A DNA stretch of 64,000 nucleotides from Thelocarpon superellum (taxonomy: Eukaryota): positions 1 to 64,000 of the forward strand of contig JAPEUG010000029.1 in assembly GCA_026025795.1 (NCBI GenBank). Reading direction: 5' to 3'. Shown piece after piece: positions 36,860-50,839 of the stretch. The translations under genes and the position numbers were made by a program. The notes beneath the pieces were generated by a model. That model did not search any database and was not told the DNA's origin. It saw nothing but the letters and a program-made list of their open reading frames with translations. Numbering within the stretch: the first letter of the stretch is position 1; each line of letters starts with the position of its first letter.

Positions 36860-37518
36860 GTAGATGCGATGATATCAGGGGAACAGATCGGTGGGATATG
36901 AAGGAGCACGGCGCATCGTCCCACGACTCTGTTTTTCAAGCCAGCGCTTGGTGCCGGAAGTGATGTCGAGATGATAAATATGAAGCGTAGCGTAGCATAC
37001 TTTACACTCCAATACCACTTCTTATGTCTCATCGCCGCGCGGGCTCTTCAACCTGACACGTCAGGACAATGGGAGGATGTTTTCCATCGTGACCGGGAGC
37101 CCAGGGGACAATTGTATGATGGAGAAGGGAGAGCGGGGGCCCCTTCGGCAAATGCCGTGCTCGTGAGCTACGGTTGCACTCCGTCACGTTGCGATCACGA
37201 CCATCAACAAAACCAAGTACCTGCCCCACTTTCCCGCCGTGCGCTCGGGAGACAATCAAGCCACGGGCCGGTTCGACTGGGCACTGTTCTTTCTCGGTGC
37301 TCTGGACTCAATCCATCACAGACAACATACCCCGGGCATGCGCGACACTAGTACTCATACCATATCGATGTAGCTTCCTTCTCTGTCTCGTTCGCTCTCC
37401 GCCTCCATCAACCATTTAGGTACACAAACACCCGCTGTCTCTAGCCCATCATCGCGACCGTCCAGCTCGCAAAGTCAGGATCCACCAGAGACCCAGCCCA
37501 GCCTGGCTAGCCCCCACA

Positions 37519-38288
37519 ATGGACCATGTTGAAGGTGAGTGCGGCCTTTGCCATCCCAGACCTCCGCCATACTCTCTCCGCACGACTTTCCCCGTCCAGC
37601 CTCTGACGCGAGCCCCGCAGACAACCTGAGGCGCTTCCTTACCCTCTACGGAAGCTTCGCGGCGCGCACCTCCTTCCTGCCTGCACCGGCCACCGTCGCG
37701 CGCACGGTGATGCCATATCTCGGGGCAATGTACACGTCGACGCTGCCGCTGGTGAACCTCATCCTGCAGGGCAGTGTGTCGCCTGGAGACTGGCCCTCCT
37801 CGTCTTCTTCTTCATCGTCGTCGTCGTCATCGTCGTCAGCATCCAGACAATCCCAATGGTACTTCAGTCCGCGCTCGCCGCGCACGCGCGGCTCTGCCAC
37901 GGCCTCATCCGGCGCCGCGGGTCTCTCACTCGCGGACTTGAACCTGGCGTCGATTTTTGCCATGGCACTCACGGTCCTCATTGCGATACGCATCGCCGCG
38001 GCGCTTCGGCGCTACGTATGGAGCTGGATTGTGCTGGCGGTGCGGATGGGCGTGGCGGCGGGCGTGGTGGCCGTCGCGCTGGCGGTCTGGGGTCGCGGCT
38101 TTGAAAGCGCCTGGGATGATGCGTGCTGGATGGCGGCGCTGCTGGTGCGCTGGTGGTTTCGGGAGGGCAAAGAGCTCGTCGCTGCGTGGCTGGAGGGTCT
38201 TTGGGACGCGGTGGCAGGCGCAGCGGAGGGTGGGACGGGCAGAAAGAGTGGCGGTGGCAGTGGGAGCGGAAAGGCAAGGGTGCGATGA
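37519..38288 (+). CDS. Apq12-like nuclear envelope/ER membrane protein, 2 exons
   Basis: MDHVE|D with an intron at 37535-37620 (GTGAGT...CTGAC...CAG). Two hydrophobic segments are separated by RRYVWSW and followed by WGRGFE...DACW, a pattern resembling fungal Apq12. Confidence 0.6.
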
Positions 38289-38506
38289 CCTCGAATGTTG
38301 GAATCTTCTTTTGTCATCTATCTGGCCTGTCTTATCTCGGAACAATGAATGAGGCACAGGAGTTGGCCTTTAATTTCATCGTCCGGATATCTACGAATCT
38401 CAACGCCGTATGCTATGCAACTCTTGTCATCCTGATCCTCACATGTCTCACGTGAAGTGGAGAGGGACGGGTGGATTCCAATCACGTCGGTGATGCACGT
38501 CGCCGT

Positions 38507-39546
38507 TCAACTCTCTCCGTCGTCCAGGTCACCGTCCTCCACCATGTCGTCACGCGGCTCGCGGGGTTCCTGTGCCTCGTGAAACTGGATGGCTTCGTCA
38601 ATGTAGCTCAGGATCGCCCCGACGCTGTCTTCCTCCTGCACGTCGAGCTGCAGGAAGGATACCATGCTGAAGTCGTCGATAAGCTGCGCCACGGCGCGGT
38701 TCAGCTTCTTGAAGGACGTGCCGCGCATCTTGCTGGGCGTGGAAAGGGTGCCGGGATCCAAGATTGGGGCGCCGGGGCCGTCGAGTGATTCTTCATCCGC
38801 TTCGATGCCGAAGCTGTCGTCTTCGATGAGGCTGGCGTCTGGGTCGAGAAAGCGCTTGAGCTCGCGTTTGGCCATGTTTCCCTTCAAGAGGTCCATCTTT
38901 GAGAGCACGTTGACGTGCGGTAGTTCTAGCAGGATCATGGCGCTCATGGCCGAGAGCGTTCCAGCAAAGAATTTGGCTCGGTCAACCACAAAGGTCGACT
39001 CCAGGAGATATGTTGCGCACAGGTTGACGTTGAGTGACCCGGTGCGTGTCAGGTGTTTGACGAGAGTCGGAAGGATGGGGATATGTGTGTACAGCTCGAT
39101 CTGGCCGGGCATATCGATGATGATGAGGTATTCTTCTGACAAGGGGTCGAGCGCTTCAGTGAGAAAATCAAGGTTTTCAAGCAGGAATCTAATCATTGTC
39201 AGTCAACGGTCACCAGTCCCCTTCACACGAGTGGGCGAGGTTACTCAAAACAGTAGATCAAGCCTCCGTTCGGCCCCAAGCCAAGCTCTTCCATGACGTC
39301 TTCTAATGAGATCAAATCTTTGATATCGAGATCGGGTTCAAAGACGAAGTCCTCGGCGGCGGGGTCGAGATTGACGTAGAAGCAAGACCGGCGATTGGTA
39401 TGGAGATGCTGAATCAGCGCCGAACAGAAGGTGGTCTATCGAGCATCTATCAGTGCGAGAAGCGCGGCGGGGTAGCACGGAGGAAACAGGTCTCGCACCT
39501 TGCCTGATCCAGCCGGGCCCATGACCAGGACTCCATATTTGCTCAT
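38507..39546 (-). CDS. GPN3: GPN-loop GTPase 3 (RNA polymerase assembly), 3 exons
   Basis: [52 protein letters not shown] and HVNVLSKMD. Confidence 0.93.
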
Positions 39547-40007
39547 CGTGAGATGGATTGGAGCTGTGAGGGTCGGAGTCAACTGGGGTTATCGTAGGAC
39601 AGAGTCCATGTCGAACAGGTGTCACCGATCTTCGATGATAATCTCGAGCTTGAGCTTGTTGGCGTTGGAGGGAAACTACAGTCTGGGTCAATCTAGTCGC
39701 CTCTGGACTAGCGCAATTCGAACGTATGGCGACATCCCACCAAAGGATTTCTCCCCACGGCCGGTGTACTCGCTCGTGGGCGCACCAAGCATCATTACGG
39801 GGCAAATTCGGCAGCAGCACTGCGACCTTTGTCCGAGGAGCAAAGTTCCAGTTGTAGTGCGACATCGGAAAAGTTGTCTCACCGCATTGGACCCGTACAA
39901 AGTCAGGTGCAGTCACCGTTGTCTCCCGATCCCTCTCCTCCTCCAACTACTTCCCCCTCCAACTGTTCGGTAATCTATCTCGCGGGTCCACTGCAGTCTC
40001 CTTCAAA

Positions 40008-41427
40008 ATGGTTGGCGTATCCAACGGCACGAAGGGGACCTTCCTCTTTACTTCAGAGTCGGTGGGCGAAGGCCATCCCGACAAAATCGCGTTCGTGCCC
40101 ACCCCCACTAGGCGGACCACAGCTCCTAATCTATCAACTGACGGGCTCATTGAATCACAGCGACCAAGTCTCCGATGCAGTCCTGGATGCATGCTTGGCG
40201 GAAGACCGTCTCTCCAAGGTGAGTGGTCTGCGAGCTCTGGTCAGCGCAAGAGCTCGCTGACTTGACCGCCGGCACAGGTGGCTTGCGAGACGGCGACCAA
40301 AACGGGTCGGTATTCAAGCTTCCACCGCCCGAGATGAAACTAAGTAGATACCTGTGCTAGGCATGATCATGGTCTTTGGCGAGATCACGACCAAGGCCCA
40401 CCTTGACTTCCAGAAGATCATCCGAACGGCCATCAAAGATATTGGATACGACAGCTCGGAAAAGGGGTTCGATTACAAAACCTGCAACGTTCTCGTCGCC
40501 ATCGAGCAACAATCGCCCGACATCGCCCAAGGTCTGCACTATGAAGAAGCCTTGGAGAAGCTCGGCGCCGGCGACCAAGGCATCATGTTCGGCTACGCCA
40601 CCGACGAGACCCCTGAGCTCTTCCCCCTCACCCTCCAACTGGCCCACAAGCTCAACGCTACCATGGCCGAGGCCCGACGTGACGGGACCCTGCCGTGGTT
40701 ACGGCCTGACACGAAGACGCAGGTGACGGTGGAGTACGAGCACGATGGAGGTGCGGTCGTACCGAAACGCGTGGATACCGTCGTCGTCAGTGCGCAACAT
40801 AGCGAGGATATCACGACGGAGCAGCTCCGGAAAGAGATCAAGGAGAAGATCATCAAGAAAGCCATCCCGGCCCAGTATCTGGATGAGCGTACCATCTACC
40901 ACGTAAGCTCACCCATCCGTCGTCCGTCCTTCGCTGTCTTCCACGCTGATGCACGCGGCGCATGCTAGATCCAGCCATCGGGTCTCTTCATCATCGGCGG
41001 TCCGCAGGGTGATGCCGGCCTGACGGGACGGAAGATCATTGTCGACACGTACGGCGGATGGGGCGCGCACGGCGGCGGTGCCTTCTCGGGCAAGGACTTC
41101 TCCAAAGTCGACCGCTCGGCCGCCTATCTGGCGCGCTGGGTGGCCAAGTCACTGGTGCACTCGAAACTGGCCCGTCGCGCCCTGGTGCAGTTCTCCTACG
41201 CCATTGGTGTGGCCGAGCCGCTGAGCATCTTCGTCGAATCCTACGGCACCTCGGAGCGTTCATCCGACGAGCTGGTCGAGATCATCAAGAACAACTTTGA
41301 TCTACGACCGGGTGTCATCGTCAAGGAGCTGGACCTGGCCCGGCCCATCTACCTGCAGACGGCCAAGAACGGACACTTTACGAACCAGAACTTCTCGTGG
41401 GAGAAGCCCAAGACCTTATCCTACTAG
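40008..41427 (+). CDS. SAM2: S-adenosylmethionine synthetase, 5 exons
   Basis: [64 protein letters not shown] and [16 protein letters not shown]. Confidence 0.97.
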
Positions 41428-44193
41428 GAGGACGACGGCACAACGCATGAGACGGGGTCGGAAATGATTCAACGTCATTTGCATGATACCACACGTCAAC
41501 GGTGGAAGATCTCGGACCTTGTCACGTTACGATTGATGAATGGCCTGGCGCTCAACGTCGCTAGAAGGCGGACTGGACTGCAATGCATGGGAGTAGCGTA
41601 TTTGGCATCATAGACGTACAGTATCGTACCGGACCGCCATACTCTCGACATCAAAGTCATATACCCTCTCACCTGTCCGGTGACGCATCTCTCTCGTCAA
41701 TGCTGCCCGGTGACTGCCCTGACGGCTGAGATGATCTGTCACTCGTCTATGCCTTGGAGGCCCTAGAGGCTCTGCAGGCTCTGGAGGCTGTGGTTCCGAG
41801 ACGCTTGCCGAGTGCCGGAGGCACGTCATGGCGGCGCCTGACCATGGTGAGATCTGACACTGCACGGACACTGCACGGACAATGCGATATCGTTATCATT
41901 GTGCCTTCGCGGGTTGCTTTGTGCCTGGTACCCCGCATTCCGCAGGGCCATGGTCGAGGCGAAACGTTCCAGGCCTCACGCCCGTCGCAAGATCAGTCAT
42001 CCTCATGGCACGGGTCAGGTGAGCAATGCCGGCCATGAATTGCCAACTCTAGTGCGCCGGACCCACAGGACCACCCCAGTCGATGAGGATGAAGTGCCAA
42101 CGATGCCAAGCCAACTGACAGGCGGAAATGAGATGGTGGAGAATGAAACACAAGATGATGGGACCGGCGCACGAGACGAGGGCGAGCACCGGTGTTCGTG
42201 AGCGCAAGCGAGAGCGAGCCCGAGCGATCAAACCGGTCGAAACGAGAGGGAGCGATGCCGATCACCGACGGAGGCCGGCCACCAAAAGGGTCACTTGGGG
42301 ATCCCCTGGTTTGGGAGAGGAAAACGGCTGCCGAGTATCGTTTCATGTGTCGTGAATTAGCATTGGCCGAAATCCCGTGCGCATGTCTGCGGCGAAACGG
42401 GCTGAGGAGAGGTAGGGATCGGCGAATCGTAAAGCTTACTACCGGGTACGTGGGCTTATCTAACCCTGGTCACGGGAAGCGTGCGGCGTGGCATCGACCA
42501 AATTAACGAGAGACGAATGCACAAGCACTTGTAGGGCATTTGTTGGGAAGAAGTCAGCAAAAGCACCATGGCGTCCTCCTGCCAATGCCCCGTCGTCGAG
42601 TGAGATGGGATTACTGGCGCCGGTTGCCTATCGCTCGGCAGGGAAACAAGGGTGTCTTTTCATCTCGCCAAATCCTCCCGTTCGAGGGTCGGCTCGAGGA
42701 GGTTGAAAAGCGAGCGGCGGATGATAAGATTGCTCATTGCCAATCGCATTGTCAGTTGACGTCCTCCTTTATGGGCGACTTCTTTGTACGTGACCGATTA
42801 CCCGGATTGATCCCATTTGATGAGCATTCCAACGCCTGAACGTCACGGACCTGCGCTGCGCTGACAGAAGACCCTGGCGTCAGGGTGAAATATGCGAGGT
42901 AGAATCATCCGAAGGCGAGCTCGTTAGGGTCCAAGGAATTCCAGAATGGGATAGGACCGGTGCTATGTAGAGCTGTGCCTGGCGACCACCGTGACCCTAG
43001 CCGTCGGAGAATAGGAGAGCGCTCGCTCCTCGCTTGCCCTCGTCTTCCCCCTGTACGAGTGCGGTGCCTGGTAAGGGTGCCGCTGGTCCTCGCAGCATGC
43101 GACGCACAGGCCGCGGTCGACTACCGAAAGGTGCCTGGCCTAGCCTCGTCTGTCAGCCAACCGCGCGCGAGCGATGCACTCGCTCCAGCGGGAGACCCTG
43201 GTCCCTGACCACGGCGAGTCCAGCCAGTCAGAGGGCCGGATACTCGCTCCGTCGCTGGTGGGTCGCAGGTTTGGAGGGCTGTTCGACTGACTTCCAGATC
43301 GTCTGCTTGTAGAACCCCTCCGGCGGACAGTGAATGTTTTCATCCTGACGCCGGTTGAAGGGAAAGGTATTTGAACGTATGGCAGTCCACAGTCACTCGG
43401 CTAGGCAAACCATTGACAGCGGCACAGCCGACGCAACAAAGGCCAGCGTGTGTGTGCGTCAGTGCGTTCATGCCCCTCGGCGCCCTCTCGCTCCCGACAC
43501 ATTGCATGCCCAGCCTGGGAGTCGGCATGTTCCACGGCGCCACAAGAGACCAACGACGCCTCCAACGCTCCATCGTCGAGTCTAGTGATCCCTCTTCCTC
43601 CACGAGCGACCAGCCATTCCTAGTCCTGCGCAATCACACGTCGTCCCATCATACCCGGCGGCGAAAGCGAGTGCGAGTCCTCGTCTGACTGCCACCACCT
43701 ACACGACGAGTACTACGTGGTGCATCGTACGAGTAGCATACCCCCCAGCCAGTGCTGCCGGTCGCTGCACGAGCGCATCGGTCGGCCGGTTCCTAGCGGG
43801 CTGCAGCGCGGCACACGCTAACCCTTCCTCGCCCGGAGCGAGCAAGGCGAGCAGGGCAAGCCACGGCACGACCGCCGGCCGCGCCTACCTTGGCTCAGGC
43901 ACAACCAGACCACCGCGCCCCGGATACCAACAATCGGCCCAGCGCCAGCGCCGCCAGCGGGCCCGTTCCTCCACCACGCTTTTGCTCATTCAATCTATCC
44001 CCTTCCACCCCCCTTTCGCACACGCCATACGACCCTTTCGTTTCTCCCTTTTCCGCTATCCGTGGTCCCCTTCCCACCACTTGCCCTCCGCCCGTCATGT
44101 CGACGCCGCCCTGGCTCCGCGTTCGAGCACCGTAGGATGTGATCCATTCGATCGATCGCCGCTCCATACAGTGCCATCTCGCTACAGGGCGCG

Positions 44194-47100
44194 ATGAATG
44201 CCGAACCTCGACCTCCCCAGCACGCCGCCAACGCCGCCGCTGCTCGGGCTAACGGACCCCACGCTCTCTCCTCCACCTACTCGACGAGTTCCTCGTCGTC
44301 GAATCGGAGAGAGCAGAAGACACGACTACCGGTGAACGTCGCCATCCCATCCTTTTCCTCATTTCGCGCCCAGGCTGCCCCGACTTCGACGGCCTCACCT
44401 GTCCGCCGGAAGCCCGTCCCGGCCTTCTCCCCCCCGGGCCCGGCTCGCCTTGACACTTCCATCGCCGCCGTCGCCGCCGCGCCCCCCCGAGCCCCCGAGC
44501 CCTGGCCTTCCATCGGGGCCGAACCCGTTCGACAGAGCTTGCGACCCTCGTCGACCGGCTCCTCGCCGCTCATCGTGCGAGACTTGGACAGGTGAGTCGC
44601 GCTCGCACTCTCTCCCTCCTTCTCATGCCTCCAGTCATGGCTCACCCGCGCCTTCGTGGCCCGCAGGTTTCCTCACGGCCAGTCACCGGCCGTCACCCAG
44701 GGACCTGGTAGTGAGGCCGTCGCTGCCGCCGCGCCACGGTCCTACCTGTCTCGCCCCGGGGGAACTACCGTTGCGTCGCCGCGCAGTCATGAACGACTGC
44801 ACAGCGACTCCTCGGTAACCAGCGCCGCCCATCGATCCAACGCCCACCCGGCCGACATCAAGACGGCCATCGTCAACAGCCACAAGCGGGCCTCGACCAT
44901 GTCGCTCTACCAATCGTTTCACCCGGGGAAGCCAAACCTGCAGGTGGACAGCAGTCCACGAAAGGCTTCACACGACTCCAATGACTCCGACTCCACCTCA
45001 AAGCCACGCTCCCCGGGGGCCAAGCTCACCTCTTTCTTCGGCTGGAAGAGTTCCTCCCCCGGGCCGGCCTCGTCCGCGACCAGCGTGTCCGACAAGACGG
45101 GCTCGCCCGGTACCTCACCACGCTCACCCAAATCCTTTCCCTATCTATCCCAACCCTTGCGCACCCTCCCCGCCGCCATCGACGTGCCCCGAGCCAATGC
45201 CGCCCTCCAGACGCACACGGGCCAGGCCCTGCCGGCTGCCTTTGAAGAGATGGAGGCCGAGCTCCGCGAGATCAGTGCCGAGCTGGCAACATCCATCCGG
45301 CGAGAGATGGATCTGGAAGATCTCGTCGACCGGATGCAGGCCGAGGCCACCAATCCTCCGGTGCAGAACCGGCGCACGAGCGACTACTTCTCCGACTCGG
45401 GCACGAGTTCTGTGCGCTTTCCCCACGGTGAATCCGACTCGAAAGAGCTCGATCTCGAGAAATTGCAGCGTCGAACGGAGCAGGAGAAGGCACAGCTCCG
45501 CGTGGATCTGACGCAGCGCGTGCAAGAGGAACGCTCGCGGCGGATCGCATTGGAGAAGCATGTGTCGGAGATGGAGGAGCGGGTGCAACGGGTGGACCAC
45601 GACCAGCTCACGTCGTTGGATGAGTCGGGCCGTGCCCGGGAGCTGGAGGCCTCACTCGAAGACCTCCGGCGTCGTCTCGCGGAGGAGCGGCAGGTCAAGG
45701 AGAATTTCGAAGACCTGCTGACGGCCTTGCGCGGCGAGATCCACGAACACCGCAACGAGCGGGACAATCTGCGCGACGAGATCGTACCCCAGCTACGCGC
45801 CCGAGTCGAGGGACTGGAGTCCGAGGCGGCGGAGTTCCAGAAGCTGACGTACGAGAATGCGCGGATGCAGCAGGAGCTGCAGTCGCTGAAGAACGAAAAC
45901 ACCACGCTGATGAACGCGCGGAAGCTACAGCTTGAGATGCAGAGCCAGCAGTCTCGCATCAACTCCATCGCCGAGGACGGGGCCGTCAGCAGTGCGTCTG
46001 GCGGCCTCGCGCGCTCCTTTTCCTTGGCGCGGGGCACGGCGCCGACGGGCAAGGCTGCCGGTCTCTCGCGCTCAAACTCGGGCAAGGACCGCGAGTCCCG
46101 CGAGTCGCTCGCGGAGCGCGTCAAGGACATCGAGGCGCAACGCGATGCGCTCCACGGCGCGCTGAAGAGCCTGCTCCATCGACAAGACTTCCAAAACCGC
46201 GAGGCAGAGAAGAAGATGAAGGCGCTGGAGAGCGAGCGGGACCGTGCCTTGGCCGGCACGCTGCGCAAGGGATATGACCGCGAGGTGTATAACCTGCGGG
46301 AAGAGATCAACCACCTGCGACGGCGCGCCGACGATGCGCTGGAGCAGAAGTGGCAATGCGAGAAGGGCTTGAGCGGGCTGAAGATGGACCTCGACCGCGC
46401 CGAGCAGGAGACGAGCTCCCTGCGAGGTCTCCTGTCCGAACATGACATCTCGATCCCGGAGCTCCCCGGCCGGACGGGTTCCGGCTCGCTCGTCGGGGGG
46501 GCCACGTCCTCGGCCTCACTCGAGAAGTCCTACCGCGAGCTTCGGACGACGCACGCCTTGTCCCTCGCGCGCATTCGCGATCTCGAGGGTCATGGCGCGG
46601 GCAGCAACGGGTCGCAGTTGGGCTCGGCCGGCGCCGAGACGCAGCGCACCATGGACCTGCTGCGGAAGAGCATCTCGGATGCGGAGGCGGAGCGTGACTT
46701 TGCGCAAAACCAAGCGGAGCAATACCGGCTGCAGGCGGAGTCGCTCCGACGGTCCGAGAGCAAGTACATGTCCGAGGAGCAGTCGATGGCCGGGCAACTG
46801 CGCGCGTCGGCGCAGCGGGTGGAAGAGTTGGCGATCCAAGTGCGCCAACAGCTTGCGTCCAACAACACGCTGCGTCAGCGTCTGGCGGAGGCCATCGGCC
46901 GCGGCGAGCGTGAGCAGAAGACGTCGGCGGCGCGCATCAGCGAGATGCAGTCGAAGCTGAAGGCGCTCGAGGACAAGGTCATGCTGGCGCAACAGCACTC
47001 GGAGGAGACGGTGTCCAAGCACGAGGACGAGGTCAAGGACCTGCGCGAGAGCCACCGCGCCCACCTCCAGCGAATGAAGAACGGCATGATGTCGCCGCAG

Positions 47101-47474
47101 CGCTTCTCGCTCAAGGCCTCGCCCATCTCGCCCCTGTTCACCGTGCGATCGCCCCGGCTGGACGTGACGACCAGCGGACAGGGGGTGTCCATCACGGAAG
47201 AGACCAAGACGGCCTTCCTCGCCAGCAAGGTGGACGAGCTGGAGACGGCGCTGACGGTGGCGGACAAGGAGATGGAGGAGGTCGTCAGTCGGATGAACAT
47301 GGCCCAGATTGAGGTGATGGAGCTGCAGTCGGAGCGGTAGGTCCCTCCAGGATCCAATGCTCGCACCGAGCAGAGGACTAACGTGAATGTAGGGATGAGG
47401 CCATGCGACAGACACGCCGACTGCAGACCGAGATTGACCAAGAACGGCAAAAAGTCAAGGCGGTCATCACGTAA
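44194..47474 (+). CDS. Large fungal coiled-coil protein of unknown function (S/P-rich N-terminus, long heptad regions), 3 exons
   Basis: An 894-codon central exon rich in E/K/R/L heptads. GT-AG introns after ...DLDR and ...LQSER join in frame, ending DEAMRQTRRLQ...VKAVIT*. Confidence 0.82.
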
Positions 47475-48413
47475 GGTGACGGACGGAGGGCATCGCCTTT
47501 AGCGTTTTCCACATCACGACCCTTTTCATTACCATCACCATCGCCTCGGACGGTCGGGATTCTCATTTCATCGATCCAGCATAAGCACATGGGTGAAGCA
47601 TTTACAGCGATTAAAGTGGGAGTTCGTTCGGGGCGCATTGACGGGTGCGGCACACCCCACCTGCCTCTTCATGCTTTCCTCTCTATACTTTCCATTCTCT
47701 TCTTTCTCCCGTCCGCAACGTGACGACATGCGATTACCCTTATTGCTGCGCTATCTCCGGAGATGGTTCCATCCTTATCATTGTAATCCATCTTCTCCAT
47801 TTCATTTGGGCCGGCTGCTTGTTCCAGGACGGGGTGCGAAGGGACGGGGACCGAAACGGAGTCTCCGGATTTGATCCTGATCGAGGAAGGGGAGCATCAT
47901 TGGGAGAGATAGAGACCGAGCTACTACCGCATCCCTAGTACATATAATACAGCACGCAACACCTTGAGACGAGGTTACCATCGATGAGCACTGAGGATAC
48001 CGTGATGCATCCGTGGATTGTGCTTGGGCTGCAACAGCACGCTCCGTGGGTCATTGTCCGAACAGCTCATCCTCAACCATCCTGCGTCGATGACAGCTGC
48101 GCATTGGCCGTCATTGACTCAATACCATTGGCGGAGGAGAAATCATGACGGCTCAGCAACGCTGAGTCGAGAACATTGACTGGCTGGCGTAGGTCGAAGA
48201 CGGGGTAGAACACGAACCTGCTGACGTGAATAAGTTTGTTGACCACCTCGGCTGTGAGATATGGGTTTCGGACAGGCTAGCAGGAGCCGGCGAGGTGTCG
48301 TCGACTCGTCGGCGAGGCCTGCGGGGACGAAGATATCGGTGGGAAGACTATATATGGCCTTGAGTAATAGTGAGAGGCCAGGAGTCCCACGCCTCGCTGT
48401 AGGGATAGGAGAA

Positions 48414-48434
48414 GTCACGTGGTAGTCACGTGAC
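48414..48434. promoter_or_regulatory. Tandem E-boxes GTCACGTG / GTCACGTGAC (Cbf1/bHLH-type sites)
   Basis: Two RTCACGTG motifs 11 bp apart in the intergenic region upstream of the gene at 49242. Confidence 0.35.
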
Positions 48435-49241
48435 ATAGCCTGTGACCTAATACATCGTGTATATACTGTTGAGCAGAGGGAATACAGCGCAGATAGTGTC
48501 AAGGTTCAAATATATGGGAATCCCGAAAGCAGCATTTCCCACTGAGCTCTCCCATGACCAGCCACTGATTATGTCATCTTCCAACATAGCGAGGCTCAAC
48601 CGATGAAGTCGTCGGCGCTCGAGCATGAGTGTCAGGCACAAAGTCACGGCAGTAGTTAGGCATCGCGATTCCGTCGATCTTCAGAGCGGGGGATGGCTCG
48701 CTAACATCCAGTGTCAGGCTACTTTCCCCGCCTATCTGCGTGGCATCCCATGTCAGTTCTCAGATGCGATCGTCACAAGGGAGCGCATACATGCCGTGCA
48801 TCGCCCTCATGGGCACCACACGCACAAGCGCGTTGTCCGAAAGGAGGCTATGCCCAGGTGGGAAAGTGGGAGGACCTCCCGGCACGATAAGGATCGCGAC
48901 CACGATGCTTTTGGGCCTTCAATCATAGTGGGGGGTAACTTTCCGTTTCACCGCCTGCGGTCATGTCATTGCCCTCTCAATGGATGGCTTGCTGTACGAG
49001 TACCAGGACCACGCGACCGTCAAAGAAGAGGAGCCCCTCTCCACTTCTTTCCTTCCTTTCCTCCATCTTCTCTCTCCCCCTTTCTCACCGCCACGGGTCC
49101 ATTGGTGAGAGCCTGCCGCCCCTATGTTTCAGGTGATCGCTGTTCACTTGCCCGAGTAGCACGGCATGAGCTCTTACGGTGACTCGACACGGCGCGTCGT
49201 TGAAGCCGTGCTCCGGGTACAGAGCTAACGCACGATCGTCA

Positions 49242-50421
49242 ATGAGAGGCACGATAGCGGCGGCGATGGTAGCCGTGATAGTGGCCGGCGGACCGGGCCT
49301 ATTCTTTTCTCTTCTCCTCGTGCATTCCGGTCTAGCCGTCGCGGATTATTCCGACCAGGCAAACGACACGAACCAAGTCCACCGCGTGCGATACAGCCCG
49401 CATCGAAGCAATGGCGTCGAGAACATCGATAACACCGACGACTTGTACGCGGATCCGGAAAATCTATACTTTGGTGAGACCAGTGATGAGGAAGCTTCCG
49501 TCGGGAGCGACGACGACACGGCGACCGCTGTCCATGACGTGCCTCCGCCTGGGGTACGTTAGCCCGCAGCCGTCAAGGATACGCGGACCCCGCTGACACA
49601 CAGGTCAACGGCAGATTCAATTTAAAGAAATGATATGCGTGGGGCACGCGCCCGGGGGAGTCGCGGCCCTAGCCGACGAGGCTGCATTGAGGAACTCATC
49701 CGACTTACCCTCGTCCTCTTCCTCATCCTCTTTATCCTCCTCGGCCTCCCCATCCTCATCCTCATCCTCTGCCTCGGACGATGGCGACATACCCTGGCCT
49801 TCCGGCTTCTCGCCGCTGCAATTCTCCTCTCTGCGCCATCTCTGCGCTCTGCGCAACACAGGCTGTTCATGCCGCAGTCCCGCTCTGTCCGGGCGTCCAG
49901 AATGCCGCGCCCCACCAGGCCAAGTCGCGCTATACAACGCCTTCCGGCGCTTCTGCTACAACCGGTGCATGTGCGACCCTTACGTGGCGCTGAACAGCAC
50001 GGGGCCCGATGAGCAAAAAATCACACAATCCGGCGCAGATACCAGCGCCGGGGGGGCTTCTCATCCAGCCAATAGCGACGGGTCGTCGCGGCTCTCCGGC
50101 TCCAAGCGGCCCTACGACGGCAGCGGAGGCGGGACGGGAAATGGACAGGGCAAGGGAGTGACATCGCCATTTAGCAAGGCGCAGAAAGTCCAGCCGCCGT
50201 CGCGACCCGCGAAGTCATGGTCGAATCGTTGGAGCGGTCGGGCTCGGGCTCGGACTCGGACGCGGACTCGAGCGGGCGCGGGATCAGAGACGAGACCAAG
50301 GACAAAGAACGGTCGCATCTGCTCAAACACCACAATGCTATGTCCAGATCACTACGTATGCCACGCCTCGCTAGATTGGGCCGTTCCTAGCTCGCGCGGT
50401 CGGTGTCGGCTCTTGCCTTGA
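49242..50421 (+). CDS. Putative secreted cysteine-rich protein with low-complexity linkers, 2 exons
   Basis: Hydrophobic N-terminus MRGTIAAAMVAVIVAGGPGLFFSLLLVHSGLAVA. The intron at 49554-49614 (GTACGT...GCTGAC...CAG) joins in frame. Cys clusters LCALRNTGCSC, FCYNRCMC and ICSNTTMLCPDHYVC...GRC. Confidence 0.65.
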
Positions 50422-50839
50422 TCTTGTTTCTTCCTCTTCTTCCTTTCCCCTCCCCTCTCTTTCCTTCTCCTGCTGCTACTGCTGGGGCTGCTACCGCTGC
50501 TACTGCTCACGGGGGCATGTATATATCTGCACGTGTGCACCGGTGGACGTATGAATATGTATCGTCAGGTGAGTGAATGACGAGAGTGAGAAGGATGAAT
50601 AGGGTCATATGGCCATTGATTGAGTGATTGACTCCTGTCGCTGGCAAGATAACAAGCTAGCAAGTAGCTGGCCAGATTCATGCCTCTTGTCCCTTCTATC
50701 TACCCCTTTTCTCTTCTCTTGTTCTTGTCTTTCCCTTCCCGTCTCGTCTTTTACTTCTCGTCTCTTTTCCCCTATTAGAGAGCCAATAGCAGGTGTCCCC
50801 CCGCCCCAAACATTCGAGCCCTTCACTGTCGTGGTCCTT

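Noticed and set aside
40008..41700. METTL16-type TACAGAGAA/TACAGAAA element at SAM synthetase splice acceptors or in the 3' UTR
   Set aside because: No such motif was seen at the four acceptors or in the proximal 3' region.
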